A stretch of DNA of 64,000 nt. It comes from a virus. A program made the translations under genes and the position numbers. The stretch is from the IMG/VR virus record IMGVR_UViG_3300045988_129927. One strand, 5' to 3'. The stretch's first letter is position 1; each line of letters starts with the position of its first letter. Below, in pieces: positions 63,116-64,000 of the stretch. Under the pieces are notes generated by a model. The model made no database searches. It saw only the letters and a list, made by a program, of their open reading frames with translations, and had not been told where the DNA came from.

Positions 63116-63149
63116 ATTACAGTATGGGTAAAAATACCCATACTGTAAT
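63116..63149 (-). terminator. Hairpin between P4 and the lipoprotein gene
   Basis: ATTACAGTATGGGTA aaaa TACCCATACTGTAAT: a 15-bp perfect stem. It shares ATTACAGTAT with hairpin 1017..1050. Confidence 0.7.
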
Positions 63150-63162
63150 TACGCGTTAAGAA

Positions 63163-64000
63163 TTAATCAAATTTAAAGTTAAGAGGAATAGGATAATGGA
63201 AGCTATTGGACTTACGAGCAATAAAGTATTGACCTGTTTCTTTATGGTGATAGATATCGTAAGGTTCTACTGTACCATCTTGCTTAGATTCAATACTGAG
63301 ATTAATCGCAGCACCGTAGTGATTTACATTAGAATCGTAGCCACCACCAAAACCTACGTTTCTAATATCATGTAAATATTCACCCAATACTCCTTTAGAA
63401 GTAATAATCAAATCACATTTCTTAAATCCAGCAATACGATTACCATTGTCATCTACTTCTACTCGAACAATGTTTCTGTTTCTTTTTACCATTCTAATAG
63501 TATAAACTGTCGGATGGTTTTTAATAAACTCTTCACGTTCAGCAGAAGATAATTTTTCTAACTTATCTTCATGCACATTGTCTTCGTAGAATTTATTAAA
63601 CTGACGACCATACAATCTATCATTATTATAGTAAACAATATTACCATTGTTTAAATGTTCACGAGAGATATTGATAATACCATTATTGTAATTATAAGCA
63701 TATGTGTTTAACAGATGTAAGAATTCTTTTTCAGAAATTCTATCCAATAGCTCAGCAACAGTGATTAGTTCACCTTTAAAGTCTACTAAACGAGTGCCTT
63801 TAAAATCTATAAAACCATCCTGTTGTTTACAACCATCTAGTTGTTTACTAGCGTGTTGTTTAGCGATTTCTTTAACTGCTTCAAAAATCTCGTCTTTCCG
63901 ATAAATAGCATCTGTACCAATATTGAATAACACAGAGTTATTAATATATTGACCAGGCAGAGGACCAATATCGTATACTACATTTTGACTAAGAATGTTA
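63163..64000 (-). CDS. Large hypothetical protein (array member P4, 5' end outside the window)
   Basis: The reading frame stays open from 63933 to the window edge, and the track start at 63933 is only a GTG. The C-terminus is paralogous to P2 (LLDRISEKEFLHLL, VRVEVDDNGNRIAGFKKCDLIITS, HYPIPLNFKFD). Confidence 0.7.
   Translation of the reverse strand, partial: NILSQNVVYDIGPLPGQYINNSVLFNIGTDAIYRKDEIFEAVKEIAKQHASKQLDGCKQQDGFIDFKGTRLVDFKGELITVAELLDRISEKEFLHLLNTYAYNYNNGIINISREHLNNGNIVYYNNDRLYGRQFNKFYEDNVHEDKLEKLSSAEREEFIKNHPTVYTIRMVKRNRNIVRVEVDDNGNRIAGFKKCDLIITSKGVLGEYLHDIRNVGFGGGYDSNVNHYGAAINLSIESKQDGTVEPYDIYHHKETGQYFIARKSNSFHYPIPLNFKFD

Noticed and set aside
1-64000. Search for tRNA or rRNA genes, CRISPR arrays, integrase or transposase genes, inverted-repeat-bounded mobile elements, homing endonucleases and introns or inteins.
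   Set aside because: The intergenic gaps are at most ~200 bp and AT-rich, with no cloverleaf-capable sequence. There are no regularly spaced direct repeats. No ORF carries recombinase, HNH, GIY-YIG or LAGLIDADG motifs that I could recognise. The conserved enzymes appear uninterrupted.

Overview
AT-rich, densely packed, intron-free DNA with the hallmarks of a large virulent tailed phage, most likely a jumbo myovirus of the phiKZ / AR9 / phiR1-37 type (inference, not database-verified). I support about 49 protein genes, almost all preceded by an AAGGA-type ribosome-binding site. They sit in alternating plus- and minus-strand transcription units. Nearly every unit ends in a long perfect hairpin (22 listed). 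Recognisable replication, recombination and transcription genes are a Rad50/SbcC-like ATPase with a CxxC hook, an RNase HI fusion protein, a UvsX/RecA-like recombinase, a type IA topoisomerase with C-terminal zinc ribbons, a RuvC-like resolvase, a DnaB-family helicase and an SNF2 helicase. Two separate genes look like fragments of a multisubunit RNA polymerase beta subunit (N-terminal and extreme C-terminal parts). Recognisable virion genes are a gpV/Mu gp45-like baseplate spike, two paralogous tail fibres, a parallel beta-helix tailspike, and a codon-optimised ~758-aa protein that is probably the major capsid protein. About half of the genes have no recognisable function. These include a tandem pair of paralogous polytopic membrane proteins, a CYTH-like protein with a long poly-acidic tail, and a tandem array of four ~560-aa modular paralogues at the right end. 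I saw no tRNA, rRNA, CRISPR array, integrase, transposase or canonical endolysin/holin cassette. The most interesting points are the split RNAP beta-like genes, the sequence-related hairpin families (one pair brackets the receptor-binding cassette), the paralogue arrays, and several phased repeats and palindromes in control regions. All homology statements come from reading the translations by eye and need profile or structure searches.
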